DNA of 61,138 bases, filler included, from Candidatus Tectimicrobiota bacterium (GTDB lineage: Bacteria > JACPSX01): the NCBI GenBank assembly GCA_016193065.1. It is 5 parts of 5 records of this genome, joined end to end, with 100 filler letters (N's around TTAATTAATTAA, not from the genome) between each part and the next. Parts side by side here need not be neighbours in the genome. Positions count along the whole stretch, not along the records: positions 1 to 22,428 come from JACPSX010000264.1; 4 more parts are not named here. One strand, given 5' to 3'. How positions within the stretch are numbered: position 1 is the stretch's first letter; each line of letters begins with the position of its first letter. The notes below the pieces were generated by a model, which was not told the DNA's origin, ran no database searches, and worked only from the letters and a program-made list of their open reading frames with translations. This document shows positions 1-9,525 of this stretch, piece after piece. Both the position numbers and the translations under genes were made by a program.

Positions 1-67
1 GCAAAGAGAACGAAACTGCCCTATGTCAAAGTGAAGGCAATATTTTGGGGAAACCGCCAGCAACTCA

Positions 68-97
68 TTGACAACGGGACGGCGGTCTATTTATACT
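68..97 (+). promoter_or_regulatory. sigma70-type promoter of the molybdo-flavoprotein operon
   Basis: TTGACA (68-73), 18-bp spacer, TATACT (92-97), 30 bp before the GTG at 128. Confidence 0.6.
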
Positions 98-127
98 GCG
101 GGCCGATCTTGCCGGGAGCCACAAGCC

Positions 128-619
128 GTGAAAATTAAAAAGCGCTGGAAGGTTTTCTTCCTCATCAACGGAAAACGTCGCTCTCTTACCATCGAGCCTC
201 ACTGGACTCTACTGGAAGTCCTGCGCGATCAACTGGGCCTCACGGGGACCAAGAAAGGTTGCGACCGGGCGGAGTGCGGAAGCTGCACCGTTCTACTTGA
301 AAGGGAACCGGTCTATTCCTGCCAGGTTCTGGCCGTCCAGGCCCGCGGCCAGAGGATCACCACCATCGAAGGGCTGACCCGCAACGGCAAGCTCCACCCC
401 GTGCAGCAATCCTTCATCGATCACGACGGGGTGCAGTGCGGCTTCTGCACTCCGGGCTTCGTTTTGACGGCAAGCGCCTTCCTCGATCGTACCCGACGGC
501 CCACACCCGACCAGGTCAAGCAGGCCCTGTCGGGAAACATCTGCCGCTGCAACGCCTACGTGAAGATCATAGAATCCGTCCTTTCCGCTTCCAAGAGAGG
601 GAAGAGGATCCGTGACTAG
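128..619 (+). CDS. (2Fe-2S)-binding small subunit, xanthine dehydrogenase/CoxS family
   Basis: GTKKGCDRAECGSCTV, QCGFCTPG and GNICRC motifs; start moved to the in-frame GTG at 128 because the ORF-track start lies inside the promoter. Confidence 0.93.
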   Translation: MKIKKRWKVFFLINGKRRSLTIEPHWTLLEVLRDQLGLTGTKKGCDRAECGSCTVLLEREPVYSCQVLAVQARGQRITTIEGLTRNGKLHPVQQSFIDHDGVQCGFCTPGFVLTASAFLDRTRRPTPDQVKQALSGNICRCNAYVKIIESVLSASKRGKRIRD

Positions 620-2829
620 ATCTCTTGCCGTGGTGGGAAAAAGTCTCACGCGCCTCGGGGCCCTGGAAAAGGTCACCGGCCGCAGCCAGTATACGGGAGA
701 CCTGACGTTACCCGGAATGCTGCACGCCAAAATCCTGCGCAGCCCCCACCCACATGCGCGCATCGTGAGCATCGACACTTGCGCTGCACAGGCTCTGCCC
801 GGAGTTGCGGCGGTCGTTACTCCAAGGGACGTGGCTCCCGACACTCGCCTGCAGCCCGATCGTGCGTGAAGAAGTCGCCGAAGCGGCCCTGGATCTCATT
901 CAGGTGGAGTACGAGATCTTGCCGGCTTTCTTCGACCCCATGCAAGCCATGAAGCCGGATGCTTTTTCCATCCACCCCGGCGGCAACATAGCCGGGGGCA
1001 AGCCCATTGTTCTGGAGCGGGGCAGCGTGGAGGAGGGCTTTGCCCAGGCCGAACGGACCTTCGAGGGCACCTACACGACCCAGGTGCACTGCGCCGCCGG
1101 AATGGAGCCCCGGGTGGCCCTGGCCCAGTGGGATGGGGATTTTCTGACCGTCTGGAAATCCAGCCGGGGAATTCACATGCTCGATCGTCCCGCGCTGGCG
1201 CGGGGCCTCGGCATCCCCGCGCAGCAGGTCCGGGTGATCTGCCCCGCCATGGGGGGCGGGTTCGGCAGCAAGGACGAAACCCGAATGGGAACCCTCACGG
1301 CACTTCTGGCCCGCAAGTGCGGAAAACCCGTGCGCATGGAATACACGCGGCAGGAAGAGTTCGTGGCCGGACGCACCCGCCACCCTTCCATCACCCATCT
1401 CAAGGTGGGGATCGGCCGCAACGGGGAGATCACCGCGATCCACGCCAGAACCATCATGAGCAAGGGAGCCTACATGTCCTCGGGCAGCGCAGTGATCCGG
1501 CGCTGCGGACAAGGGGCTCTTTACCTGTACCAGACCCCCAACGCCAAGTTTGAAGGGACCCTGGTCTACACCAACGTCCCCCCGGCCGGTTCCTACCGGG
1601 CACTGGGAGCTCCGCAAGGGCAGTTTGCCCTGGAAGTCCACATGGACAAGATTGCAGAGGCTCTGGGCCTCAATCCCCTGGAATTCCGCCGCCGCCACCA
1701 CGTGAAGCCGGAGGGGCAACCCGGACGGCGCCTGACTCCCCCCGGAGAACTGGTCTCCGACCAGCCCGTGGAGGGAGGAATCCCGTTTTCGAGCAACCGG
1801 CTGTCCGAATGTGTGCGACTGGGGTCCAGGGCCATGGGCTGGCAGCGTCGTTGGCGTCCTCCCAATTCCTCCCCGGGCCCCAAGAAGCGGGGACTGGGCA
1901 TGGCCCTTGGACTTTACCGGGGAGGTCTCGCCCAGAAAGCCGGTGCGGAAGTGGAAGCCCGCCTCGATGGCAGCGTCGAGATTCGGGTGGGGACGATTGA
2001 CGTCGGAGAAGGGGCCTTCACGACGCTGCTCCAGATCGGTGCGGAAGCTCTGGAGATCGAACCGGCCCGCGTCACCATCCTGGGTGGAGATACCGCCACA
2101 ACCCCGGAGGCTCCGGTCACATCGGGTTCCTCGACCACATTCTCCATGGGAACCGCCGTGCAGCAGGCGGCAGCCACCCTGAAGGAGAGGATTCTCGACC
2201 GGGTATGCGCTCAGTTGGGGGCAGATCGAGAAAACGTGAAGTGGAACAAGGGCGCCATCCAGATGAACAGGCCCACGAAAAAGACGGTTGCCTGGAAGCA
2301 GGCGCTGGCTCTGCTTTCCCCCGAGGAGCGCCGGGTGCGGCTGGCGATCCAGCCGGGCAGCACGGAATTCGTCATTAATTCCTTCGCGGCTCACTTTGCC
2401 GAAGTCGAGGTGGATACGGAAACCGGGAAGGTTGCGGTCGTAAAATATGTGGCGGCCCACGATTCGGGCCGCATCGTCAACCCGGCTGCCGCCCAGAATC
2501 AGGTGGAGGGGGGCGTGATGCAGATGCTCGGGTATGCTCTGACCGAGGAATTGCTCGTCGATCCGAAAACCGGCATTCCTCTCAATGGAAATTTTCTGGA
2601 GCACAAGGTCCCCGTGATCGTGGACCTTCCGCCTCTCAAGACCATCTTCGTGAATGCTCCCGACCCTGCGGGTCCTTTTGGAGCCAAAGCCCTCGGCGAG
2701 CCTCCATCGATTCCTGTGGCGCCCGCGATTTCCAACGCGATATACAACGCAATCGGGATCCGGTTCCAGGATCTGCCGATCACTCCCGGCAAGATACTGG
2801 ACCAGCTCCCCCTGAAAGGGAGAGGTTAG
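612..2829 (+). pseudogene. Molybdopterin-binding large subunit (xanthine dehydrogenase/CoxL family), frameshifted or internally deleted near 850-870
   Basis: N-terminus (EKVTGRSQY...LRSPHPHARI) is in ORF 612-869; the rest (EEVAEAALDLIQVEY...GGGFGSKD...GAKALGEP) is in another frame (805-2829); the usual VRYxGxxVAAVxA-type segment is missing. Confidence 0.8.
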
Positions 2830-2832
2830 ACC

Positions 2833-3810
2833 TTGCATCCCTTCCGCTACGCCGAACCCGAGTCCGTGGCAGAGGCCTGCCGGTTTTTGAAGCGGCAGGG
2901 GACTTCCGCCATGCCGATCGCCGGCGGGACGGACCTCCTGAGCGAAATCAAGGACGGGGTGGCCAAGCCGGAATCCGTTCTAAACTTAAAGAGGTTGCCG
3001 AGCCTGGCGCACATCCGTGAACAGGATGGGGCGCTGAGGATCGGCGGCATGACCACTCTGTCCCAGTTGCAGGTATATCCGGTCCTGCGCCGGAATTTCC
3101 GGATCATAGAAGAGGCGCTCTCCACCCTCGCCACCCCGCAGATCCGGGCGGTGGGAACCGTAGCAGGAAACCTCTGCCAGCGCCCCCGCTGCCTCTATTA
3201 CCGCCACCCTCTTTTCCTCTGCGCCAAGAAGGGAGGGACGACTTGCTTCGCGCTGGATGGCGACAGCCGCTACCACGCCATTTTGCAGAACGACCTATGC
3301 CCGATGGTCCACCCTTCGGATTTAGCCCCTGCGTTCATTGCCTTGGAAGCCCAGGTCTTGCTGGCCGGCCCGGAGGAGAAACGTCTCCTCCCTTTGGAGG
3401 AGTTTTTCCTGCTCCCCGGTCAGAACTTGAGCCGGGAGACGGTTCTAAAACCAGGGGAGATTTTGGTCGAAGTCCGGGTCCCCAAGCCGAAGGCGGGGAC
3501 CCGGGGGACGTATTTAAAGTTCCGGGAGCGCGGAGCGGGTGATTTTGCGCTGGTAAGCGCGGCGTGCTCCGGCCGGGTTCTGAGGGGGACGGTCGCCGAG
3601 CTTCGCCTGGTCCTGGGAGGGGTGGCACCCATTCCCTTCCGGGCCCGTCAAGCCGAGGAGATGCTCATGGGGCAGAGGCCCAAAAAGGAATTCTTCGCGG
3701 CAGCCGCCCAAGCGGTCCTCGCGGCAGCCACCCCCCTCTCCGGCAACCGCTACAAGATCGAAGCCGCCCGAACGCTCATGGTCAGGGCCATGCAGGCCGT
3801 CCTGAAGTGA
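2833..3810 (+). CDS. FAD-binding medium subunit, PaoB/YagS type with a Cys-rich insertion
   Basis: IAGGTDL, ATPQIRAVGTVAGNLCQRPRCLYYR...CAKKGGTTC, HPSDLAPA motifs. Confidence 0.9.
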   Translation: MHPFRYAEPESVAEACRFLKRQGTSAMPIAGGTDLLSEIKDGVAKPESVLNLKRLPSLAHIREQDGALRIGGMTTLSQLQVYPVLRRNFRIIEEALSTLATPQIRAVGTVAGNLCQRPRCLYYRHPLFLCAKKGGTTCFALDGDSRYHAILQNDLCPMVHPSDLAPAFIALEAQVLLAGPEEKRLLPLEEFFLLPGQNLSRETVLKPGEILVEVRVPKPKAGTRGTYLKFRERGAGDFALVSAACSGRVLRGTVAELRLVLGGVAPIPFRARQAEEMLMGQRPKKEFFAAAAQAVLAAATPLSGNRYKIEAARTLMVRAMQAVLK

Positions 3811-3897
3811 GAAAATCCTCAATTTTCCGGATCTTCTCGCCGACAATTTTGCTATATTAAGCAGTTGGAATTTCCGTTGCCTTACGGGAGAGGGCGA

Positions 3898-4317
3898 ATG
3901 AAAAGCAAGATCGGGCTTTGGATGGTGATCGCACTGGGGCTGATGGCTGCCGGGATGGGTACCACAGGCCGCGGACCGGGAGAAATCCCCATCCCCAGCA
4001 AGGACTTCTCCGCCACCATCGTGGACCGCCAAAACATCGCCACCCATGTAACCCAGATCAGCTTCAACGGGCAGGCCACCCTCCAGGGAGCCCGCGGAGA
4101 AGGCTCGCTGATCATTCCCTTCGACCGGATCAAGACCATCTCGTTCAGCGAGGCCAACACCCAAAAGCGCCGCGCCCGCATCACCTTCAAGGATGCCGGC
4201 GAGAGCGTGGACGTGGTGGTCGACGGGCAACTCAAGGTTTACGGAAAAAGCCGCTTTGGTGCCTTTGAAATCACCATGAAAAACATCCAACGTATAGACT
4301 TCACAGAGACCCCTTGA
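3898..4317 (+). CDS. Hypothetical exported or membrane-anchored protein
   Basis: ATG at 3898 after GAGAGGG; basic then hydrophobic N-terminus (MKSKIGLWMVIALGLMAAG). Confidence 0.7.
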   Translation: MKSKIGLWMVIALGLMAAGMGTTGRGPGEIPIPSKDFSATIVDRQNIATHVTQISFNGQATLQGARGEGSLIIPFDRIKTISFSEANTQKRRARITFKDAGESVDVVVDGQLKVYGKSRFGAFEITMKNIQRIDFTETP

Positions 4318-4332
4318 GGAGATCCCCAAAGC

Positions 4333-4935
4333 ATGTCCACTCTTAAAGAGCAATATTTCCAGAGATTCGCCTCTCAAGGACTGGCCCGCCTCACGGAAGA
4401 ATACCAGAAGAAGTATCATCCCAAGAAAGGGGACCGCTTCTTCTACAACGAGGTGACTTACGAGATCAGCAACGCCAACGTCGTGAACGGGGAGATCGAA
4501 TTCGAGATCTCCTCCAAGATTCCGCAAGATCTCCTCGCCAAGAAGATGACCCTGGAAGAGTACTTTGAGGCCGTCAAAAAGACAGTGCTGAAAGAGGCCG
4601 AGAAACCCGTGTCGATCGACATGGAGAACATTATTCGGGAAGTGCGGGCCGACGAGACCAAGGAGCGGGACTACGTAAAGCTGCTCTACCGCTACCCTCC
4701 CGACAAAGTTTATGACGAAAAAAAGGTCATTCGGGAGGCGGAGGAAATCCGGCAGGGTAAATCTCCCCTACCGGGGCCGGAGATCCCCGGCGTCTCAACG
4801 CTGGCCGGAAAGCTCGTCCTGCTGGCCGTAGAGCGGGGTATCCAGGAAAAGGCCAAGGCCCATCTCGAAACTCTCATAAAAGCCAACGATGAAGTGATTG
4901 CAGAGCTCAAGCAGAAGAGCCGCAAGGGATCCTGA
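4333..4935 (+). CDS. Hypothetical protein
   Basis: 200-aa ORF with GAGGA RBS, protein-like composition, co-oriented with upstream gene. Confidence 0.75.
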   Translation: MSTLKEQYFQRFASQGLARLTEEYQKKYHPKKGDRFFYNEVTYEISNANVVNGEIEFEISSKIPQDLLAKKMTLEEYFEAVKKTVLKEAEKPVSIDMENIIREVRADETKERDYVKLLYRYPPDKVYDEKKVIREAEEIRQGKSPLPGPEIPGVSTLAGKLVLLAVERGIQEKAKAHLETLIKANDEVIAELKQKSRKGS

Positions 4936-4956
4936 GAAAGTCCCTCAAAAAACCCC

Positions 4957-4985
4957 TTGCCTTTTTCTCTCCCTGCCTGTAAACT
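4957..4985 (+). promoter_or_regulatory. sigma70-type promoter
   Basis: TTGCCT, 17 bp, TAAACT; followed by a GC hairpin (GCCCGGGG...CCCCGGGC, 4999-5020) in the leader. Confidence 0.45.
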
Positions 4986-5055
4986 ACCACTTTTGTGTGC
5001 CCGGGGTTCCGGCCCCGGGCTTTCCTGTGATTGTCTATGAGAGGAGGTGATTCCA

Positions 5056-5343
5056 ATGATTTGCGCTACCGTGCGGTCCGGCACCGAATGCGTCTTTATG
5101 AAGGAAAAGGGGTGCTCTTTCAACGGCGGGGAGTGCTATCCCATTGTGGAGGCTTGCCAGGGTTGCGCCCATGTCCTGGAGCTGCCCACGGGGAAATTCT
5201 GTGATGCCTACGGAAACCCCGCCGTCAAGTGGGTGCTGGGCCGCTGCAATTATGCCACCCACGTAAACAACGGCCACCAGAACAACGGGTCCACCAAGAA
5301 GCTGAATCCTCTCAAGGCTTCCAAGAGAAGCGCCCGCGGCTGA
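5056..5343 (+). CDS. PxxKW-family cysteine-rich small protein
   Basis: GAGGAGG RBS; CxF...GCSFNGGxC...CxGC...PAVKW...C and C-terminal KKLNPLKASKR. Confidence 0.8.
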   Translation: MICATVRSGTECVFMKEKGCSFNGGECYPIVEACQGCAHVLELPTGKFCDAYGNPAVKWVLGRCNYATHVNNGHQNNGSTKKLNPLKASKRSARG

Positions 5344-5398
5344 CATAAACGCGGAGGAGAGGCCCCGGATCACACCGCACCCGGAGCCTCGAGCGGCT

Positions 5399-5878
5399 CT
5401 ACGGCAAGAGGAGCTCCATCATCAGGGCATCCTCGCGCGTGTCCTCATAGTAGCCCCGGCGCACCCCGATCGGCGAAAACCCCAGGCCGCGGTAAAGGTT
5501 TTGGGCGGGAACATTCGAGCGCCGTACTTCCAGGAGCAGCCGCCTGGCCTCGTGGGCTGCGGCAAACCTCCGGACCTCACGGATCAAACTGCGGCCCAGC
5601 CCGTGCCGCCGCAGGTCGGGGTGAACGGCGAGGTTCGTAATATGGACTTCGTCAACGACGTGCCAGAAACAGACATATCCCGCCACACCTCTGGGGAAGC
5701 CGCTGTTGGGGTAGCGAATCACCAGATTGTACGAGAGGCCATCGAGCTTCAATTCGTGAACGAAGGACGATCGGGGCCAGGGGGAGGAGAAGGAAAGGTT
5801 CTCGATGGCCATGACCGAGTCCAGGTCCTCAGGCGTCATGGGCTCGATGGTTGTTTTCCTGTCCACTTCCTGCGACAT
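5399..5878 (-). CDS. rimI: Ribosomal protein S18-alanine N-acetyltransferase
   Basis: IENLSFSSPW, EVHITNLAVHP, RRHGLG, LEVRRSN, RRGYY...EDA motifs. Confidence 0.9.
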   Translation of the reverse strand: MSQEVDRKTTIEPMTPEDLDSVMAIENLSFSSPWPRSSFVHELKLDGLSYNLVIRYPNSGFPRGVAGYVCFWHVVDEVHITNLAVHPDLRRHGLGRSLIREVRRFAAAHEARRLLLEVRRSNVPAQNLYRGLGFSPIGVRRGYYEDTREDALMMELLLP

Positions 5879-5892
5879 TGCTATGGAAAGCC

Positions 5893-8184
5893 CTACTGCG
5901 CCTCCCGGGAACGGATGAGATCCTGCATCTTTTTTTCCGTCTCATCGATCAGAAAGCGCAGCTCGGAGGCCTTTTCCTGAGCCCGCTCCACGAGCTGGGT
6001 TTCCTGGGCGAGGTTGGTCAGTTTCACCTTCATGTCTTCGTAGGAAATCTGCAGTTGATTGAGGCGTTCCTCGGCGCGCTGGATCTCGGCCTTCCTGTGG
6101 GCCAACTCTTCCATCTCAGAGGAAACCTGGCGGTTCAGTTGGCTGAGGCCATCCACCCTTTGAGCCACGTCCTCAAGCCGCTTGCTTTCCGACTGCAGGG
6201 TCTTGATTTCCTGGCGAGCTTCCTCCAGGAGAGAATGAACCGTCGCCACGTCCTGCTGCACGCCCCTCAGGAGCTTTTCCTTCTCCGAGATCTGCCCCAT
6301 CCGGGTGTCGATGGTGTCGAGCATGGCGCTCAACTGCCCCACTCTCTTCTCGGTCTGCAGCAGCAATTCCTCCTCGTCCTTGAGAGAGTCGATGCGGACC
6401 TCCAGCTCCCGGATCTTCCCCTCGGAGGTGATCAGCTTCTCTTCGACCTCGTCCACGGCCCGTGTTTTTGCATTGACCCGCTCCACCTTGCCGTCAATTT
6501 CCTGGAGCATGACGATCAAGTTGTCCTTGATCTCGCTCAGCTTGGCGAACTCCTCCTGGCCCTTGACGAGCTGGCTGATCTTCTTGTCCACCGTCTCGCT
6601 GAGCTGCTCCAGTGTGATGACCAGCTTGTTAATCCGCTTTTCCTGGGCATCCACCGAGACCTTATCCTTGGTTAGATCCAGGATCCGGTTTTCCACCTCG
6701 TCCATGAGATCCCGCAGGGAATCCATGCGCTTGTCGACCTTTTCGATATAGGCAATCCGGTTGCTCGTCTTGTCCACCTTGAGGTTGGCGTCTTCCAGGT
6801 AAAAATCGAGCGCGTCGAGCTTCTTTTCCAGCTTGTCGACCAGGCCCTTGCGCTGGAGCTGGGTCTCCATTTTCATGTCGATGTTGATCACCGTATTGTT
6901 CAGGTCATTGAGCTTGCGCTCGACCTGTTCGACGAGCTGGCGGCGGGCGGCCACCTCCTCGACCTTCACGGTGACTTCCTGCGACAACTGGCCCAGACGC
7001 TTCAGGTTCGCCTCGATGGCATCCACCCCTTTGAGTTCCTCACGGAAACCCGCGAATTTTCCCTCCACCTCCCGCAGGCTGTAGGCAAAATCCTCCAGCT
7101 TGTGCCGGGTCTCCTCCACGTTGGCGGCCTGCACCATGAGGGTCTCCATCTTCTTTTCCACCTCGTCCGTGAGAAAAACGTGGAGTTGGCGGACCTTCTG
7201 CTCGATCTTGTCGACCTCTCCCTTGTCCTCGGCTACTTTGGCGACCTTCTCGGCCAACTGGGCGTTCAGGGCGTCCAGCTCCTTGAGACGCTGGCCCACC
7301 CTTTGCAAGACCTCCCCCCGCTGGGACAGGCTTCTCATCTCCATCCGGATCGCCTCCAGAGAGGGGCCCAGGACGTTGATCTCTTTGCGCATCTCCTCGA
7401 CCTGGCTGTCCTGCTTGAAGAGCTCATCCATGTTGCGCTGGCAGTTTTCCAGGGTCTCCCGCAGGATGTCCGCGTCCACCGTCAGGGTTTCGACGAACTC
7501 CCGGTCCTTCTGGAATTTGGTGAGAGTCCCCTCCAGTCCCTCGGAAAGGTTCTCCAGCGCGTCGATTTTTTGCGAAGCCTCGCTGATCACGTCCCGAAGA
7601 GCGCCCACCTGGTTCATCCGGCTCGTTAAAGCCTCGACCATCCCCTCCAGTTTCGCCACATTTTTATCCGCTTTCTTGATGAGCTTGTTCTCTTCGGCCA
7701 GTTTGTTGACCTTGGATTCCATATCCCACAGGAGGACGTTGAGCCGGCCCGCTTCCTCGTTGGCCTTCTCCACCAGGCGGCGTTGCTGGCTTAAGGCCTT
7801 GGTCTTGGCCATGACGTGCTCGACCAGGGAATTGAGGCTGGTCACCTCCCGTTTCACCGTGGCGCCGAGATCATCGAGCCGGTGCATCCAGCGTTCGGCC
7901 TCGTCGAGCCGCTCCTGGGCCCGGTCGATGGAGGAAACCCGGTCTTCCACCTTCTTGGCATTGGCCTGCAGGTGGGTAATCCTCTCCTCAATCGACTCGA
8001 AAACCCCGCTCTTGTCCGCCAGCTCCTTGGTCTTCATGTCGGCGTAATCGAGCATGGTCTTCAGACTGCGCCGCTCCTGGGCAATCTCCTGCAACAGCTC
8101 CCGGAGAGTCTCGATCTCCTGCCTGGCTCCCGAGGCTGTGCTTTCCCCAGACGAATCTCTGGCCACCTGATCCTGTTCCGGCAT
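5893..8184 (-). CDS. Long coiled-coil protein (about 763 aa), function unknown
   Basis: E/K/L/Q-rich heptad-like sequence throughout; GGAGG RBS before ATG 8184; TTGACA-17-TAGAAG promoter at 8289-8261. Confidence 0.85.
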   Translation of the reverse strand: MPEQDQVARDSSGESTASGARQEIETLRELLQEIAQERRSLKTMLDYADMKTKELADKSGVFESIEERITHLQANAKKVEDRVSSIDRAQERLDEAERWMHRLDDLGATVKREVTSLNSLVEHVMAKTKALSQQRRLVEKANEEAGRLNVLLWDMESKVNKLAEENKLIKKADKNVAKLEGMVEALTSRMNQVGALRDVISEASQKIDALENLSEGLEGTLTKFQKDREFVETLTVDADILRETLENCQRNMDELFKQDSQVEEMRKEINVLGPSLEAIRMEMRSLSQRGEVLQRVGQRLKELDALNAQLAEKVAKVAEDKGEVDKIEQKVRQLHVFLTDEVEKKMETLMVQAANVEETRHKLEDFAYSLREVEGKFAGFREELKGVDAIEANLKRLGQLSQEVTVKVEEVAARRQLVEQVERKLNDLNNTVINIDMKMETQLQRKGLVDKLEKKLDALDFYLEDANLKVDKTSNRIAYIEKVDKRMDSLRDLMDEVENRILDLTKDKVSVDAQEKRINKLVITLEQLSETVDKKISQLVKGQEEFAKLSEIKDNLIVMLQEIDGKVERVNAKTRAVDEVEEKLITSEGKIRELEVRIDSLKDEEELLLQTEKRVGQLSAMLDTIDTRMGQISEKEKLLRGVQQDVATVHSLLEEARQEIKTLQSESKRLEDVAQRVDGLSQLNRQVSSEMEELAHRKAEIQRAEERLNQLQISYEDMKVKLTNLAQETQLVERAQEKASELRFLIDETEKKMQDLIRSREAQ

Positions 8185-8508
8185 GCTCGATTCCTCCCTG
8201 AGTCCTCCCAATGATCAGCACCCCGGCTAAGCCGGGGAAAAACCCTGGGTTTCTAGCTCCCTTCTAAAGGATCTTCCCGGGCTTGTCAAGCGAACGGAAA
8301 GCCGGCCAAACCTTCTCTCTTTCTATCTATATCGTCCCGGCCGGGCGGTATCTCCAGCCAATCATTGCGCCAGGCGACTATACCTTCTGGCCATTTTTGT
8401 CGTTGACCGATGGGTTATCACCCGGCTAAGATAAGGCATTTCAAAGAATATGGCGAAAACAGCCCTCTGGGGCCGGCCCTTATTTCCAATCAAATGCGGC
8501 AGAGCGAG

Positions 8509-9477
8509 ATGAAAAACTTTCTGGAACAATTCCCCCAGTTCGGCGTCCTGGTCGTCGGGGATCTGATGACGGACCGCTACCTGTGGGGGACGCCCGTGCG
8601 GATGTCCCACGAGGCCCCGGTTCCGATCCTCAAGATTGACCGGGAGGAATACAAGCTCGGAGGGGCGGCAAACGTGGCCAACAACCTCCGCGCCCTGGAA
8701 GCCAGGGTCTTCCTGTCCGGGATCGTGGGCTACGACGACGCGGCTCACTGGTTCCGCAAGGCCTGCATCGAGGCCGGGATCGACACGGGGGGGATTTTTC
8801 CCTCTGAAAACCGGCCCACGACCTTGAAGGCCCGCATCATGTCCACGGGCCACAACCGCCAGATGCTCCGCTACGATCAGGAATCCAGCGAGCCCATCGC
8901 GGAGTCGGAAATGGCCTCCCTGATCAAGTACGTGGAATCCCACCTGGAGGTGGTGCAGGCCATCGTGCTCTCCGATTACGACAAAGGGGTCTTCAGCAAT
9001 CCGGAGCTGGCCCGCAGCATCCTCGCCCTGGCCAACGAGCACGGTAAGCTGACCGTGGTGGAATCCAAGCCCCGTCACGCGGATTACTTTGCCAGCCCGA
9101 CCCTCGTCGCCTTTGACTACGATCAATCCCAGGAGTTCGTCTTCCGGCGCGTGAACAGCTTGATGACCGACAGCGCCACCATCGCCTACACGATCAGCGA
9201 CCTGCTGGGAGCCAAAGGGGTCATCATGATCAAGGGGGACGAGGAGATTTGCCTGTACACCTCGGAGCGTCAGGCCTTCCAGTTCCTGCTGCCGCGGGAA
9301 TCGATCGTGGACAGCACCGGGATGAAAGATACGCTGATCGGGGTGGTGACCCTGAGCCTTCTGGCCGGAGCCGATTTCGGCAGCGCCGTCCGCATCGCGA
9401 ACCAGGCCGTGGTGCGCAAGATCGGCAAGGTGGGCACGGCCACAGTTTCCCTCCGGGAACTCATGCAGCAAGAGTGA
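8509..9477 (+). CDS. PfkB-family kinase-like protein related to the HldE/RfaE heptose-7-phosphate kinase domain (degenerate motifs)
   Basis: VLVVGDLMTDRY, EAPVP, LGGAANVANN, RPTTLKAR, SDYDKG; C-terminal DSTGMKDT instead of DVTGAGDT. Confidence 0.75.
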   Translation: MKNFLEQFPQFGVLVVGDLMTDRYLWGTPVRMSHEAPVPILKIDREEYKLGGAANVANNLRALEARVFLSGIVGYDDAAHWFRKACIEAGIDTGGIFPSENRPTTLKARIMSTGHNRQMLRYDQESSEPIAESEMASLIKYVESHLEVVQAIVLSDYDKGVFSNPELARSILALANEHGKLTVVESKPRHADYFASPTLVAFDYDQSQEFVFRRVNSLMTDSATIAYTISDLLGAKGVIMIKGDEEICLYTSERQAFQFLLPRESIVDSTGMKDTLIGVVTLSLLAGADFGSAVRIANQAVVRKIGKVGTATVSLRELMQQE

Positions 9478-9480
9478 CCC

Positions 9481-9525
9481 GGGTACCCGGCTCTGCGGGT
9501 GCCCGGCTCTGCGGGTGCCCGGCTC
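9481..9525. repeat. 16-bp tandem repeat (about 2.8 copies) between convergent genes
   Basis: GGGTACCCGGCTCTGC GGGTGCCCGGCTCTGC GGGTGCCCGGCTC. Confidence 0.8.

Noticed and set aside
840-880. Programmed frameshift in the Mo-subunit gene
   Set aside because: No slippery sequence is visible and a conserved segment is missing, which indicates deletion.
817-2838. Long antisense ORFs (also 16697-17875, 19117-20382, 22610-24016, 56951-58156, 59231-60445)
   Set aside because: Shadow ORFs opposite well-supported genes, expected in GC-rich DNA; no motifs.
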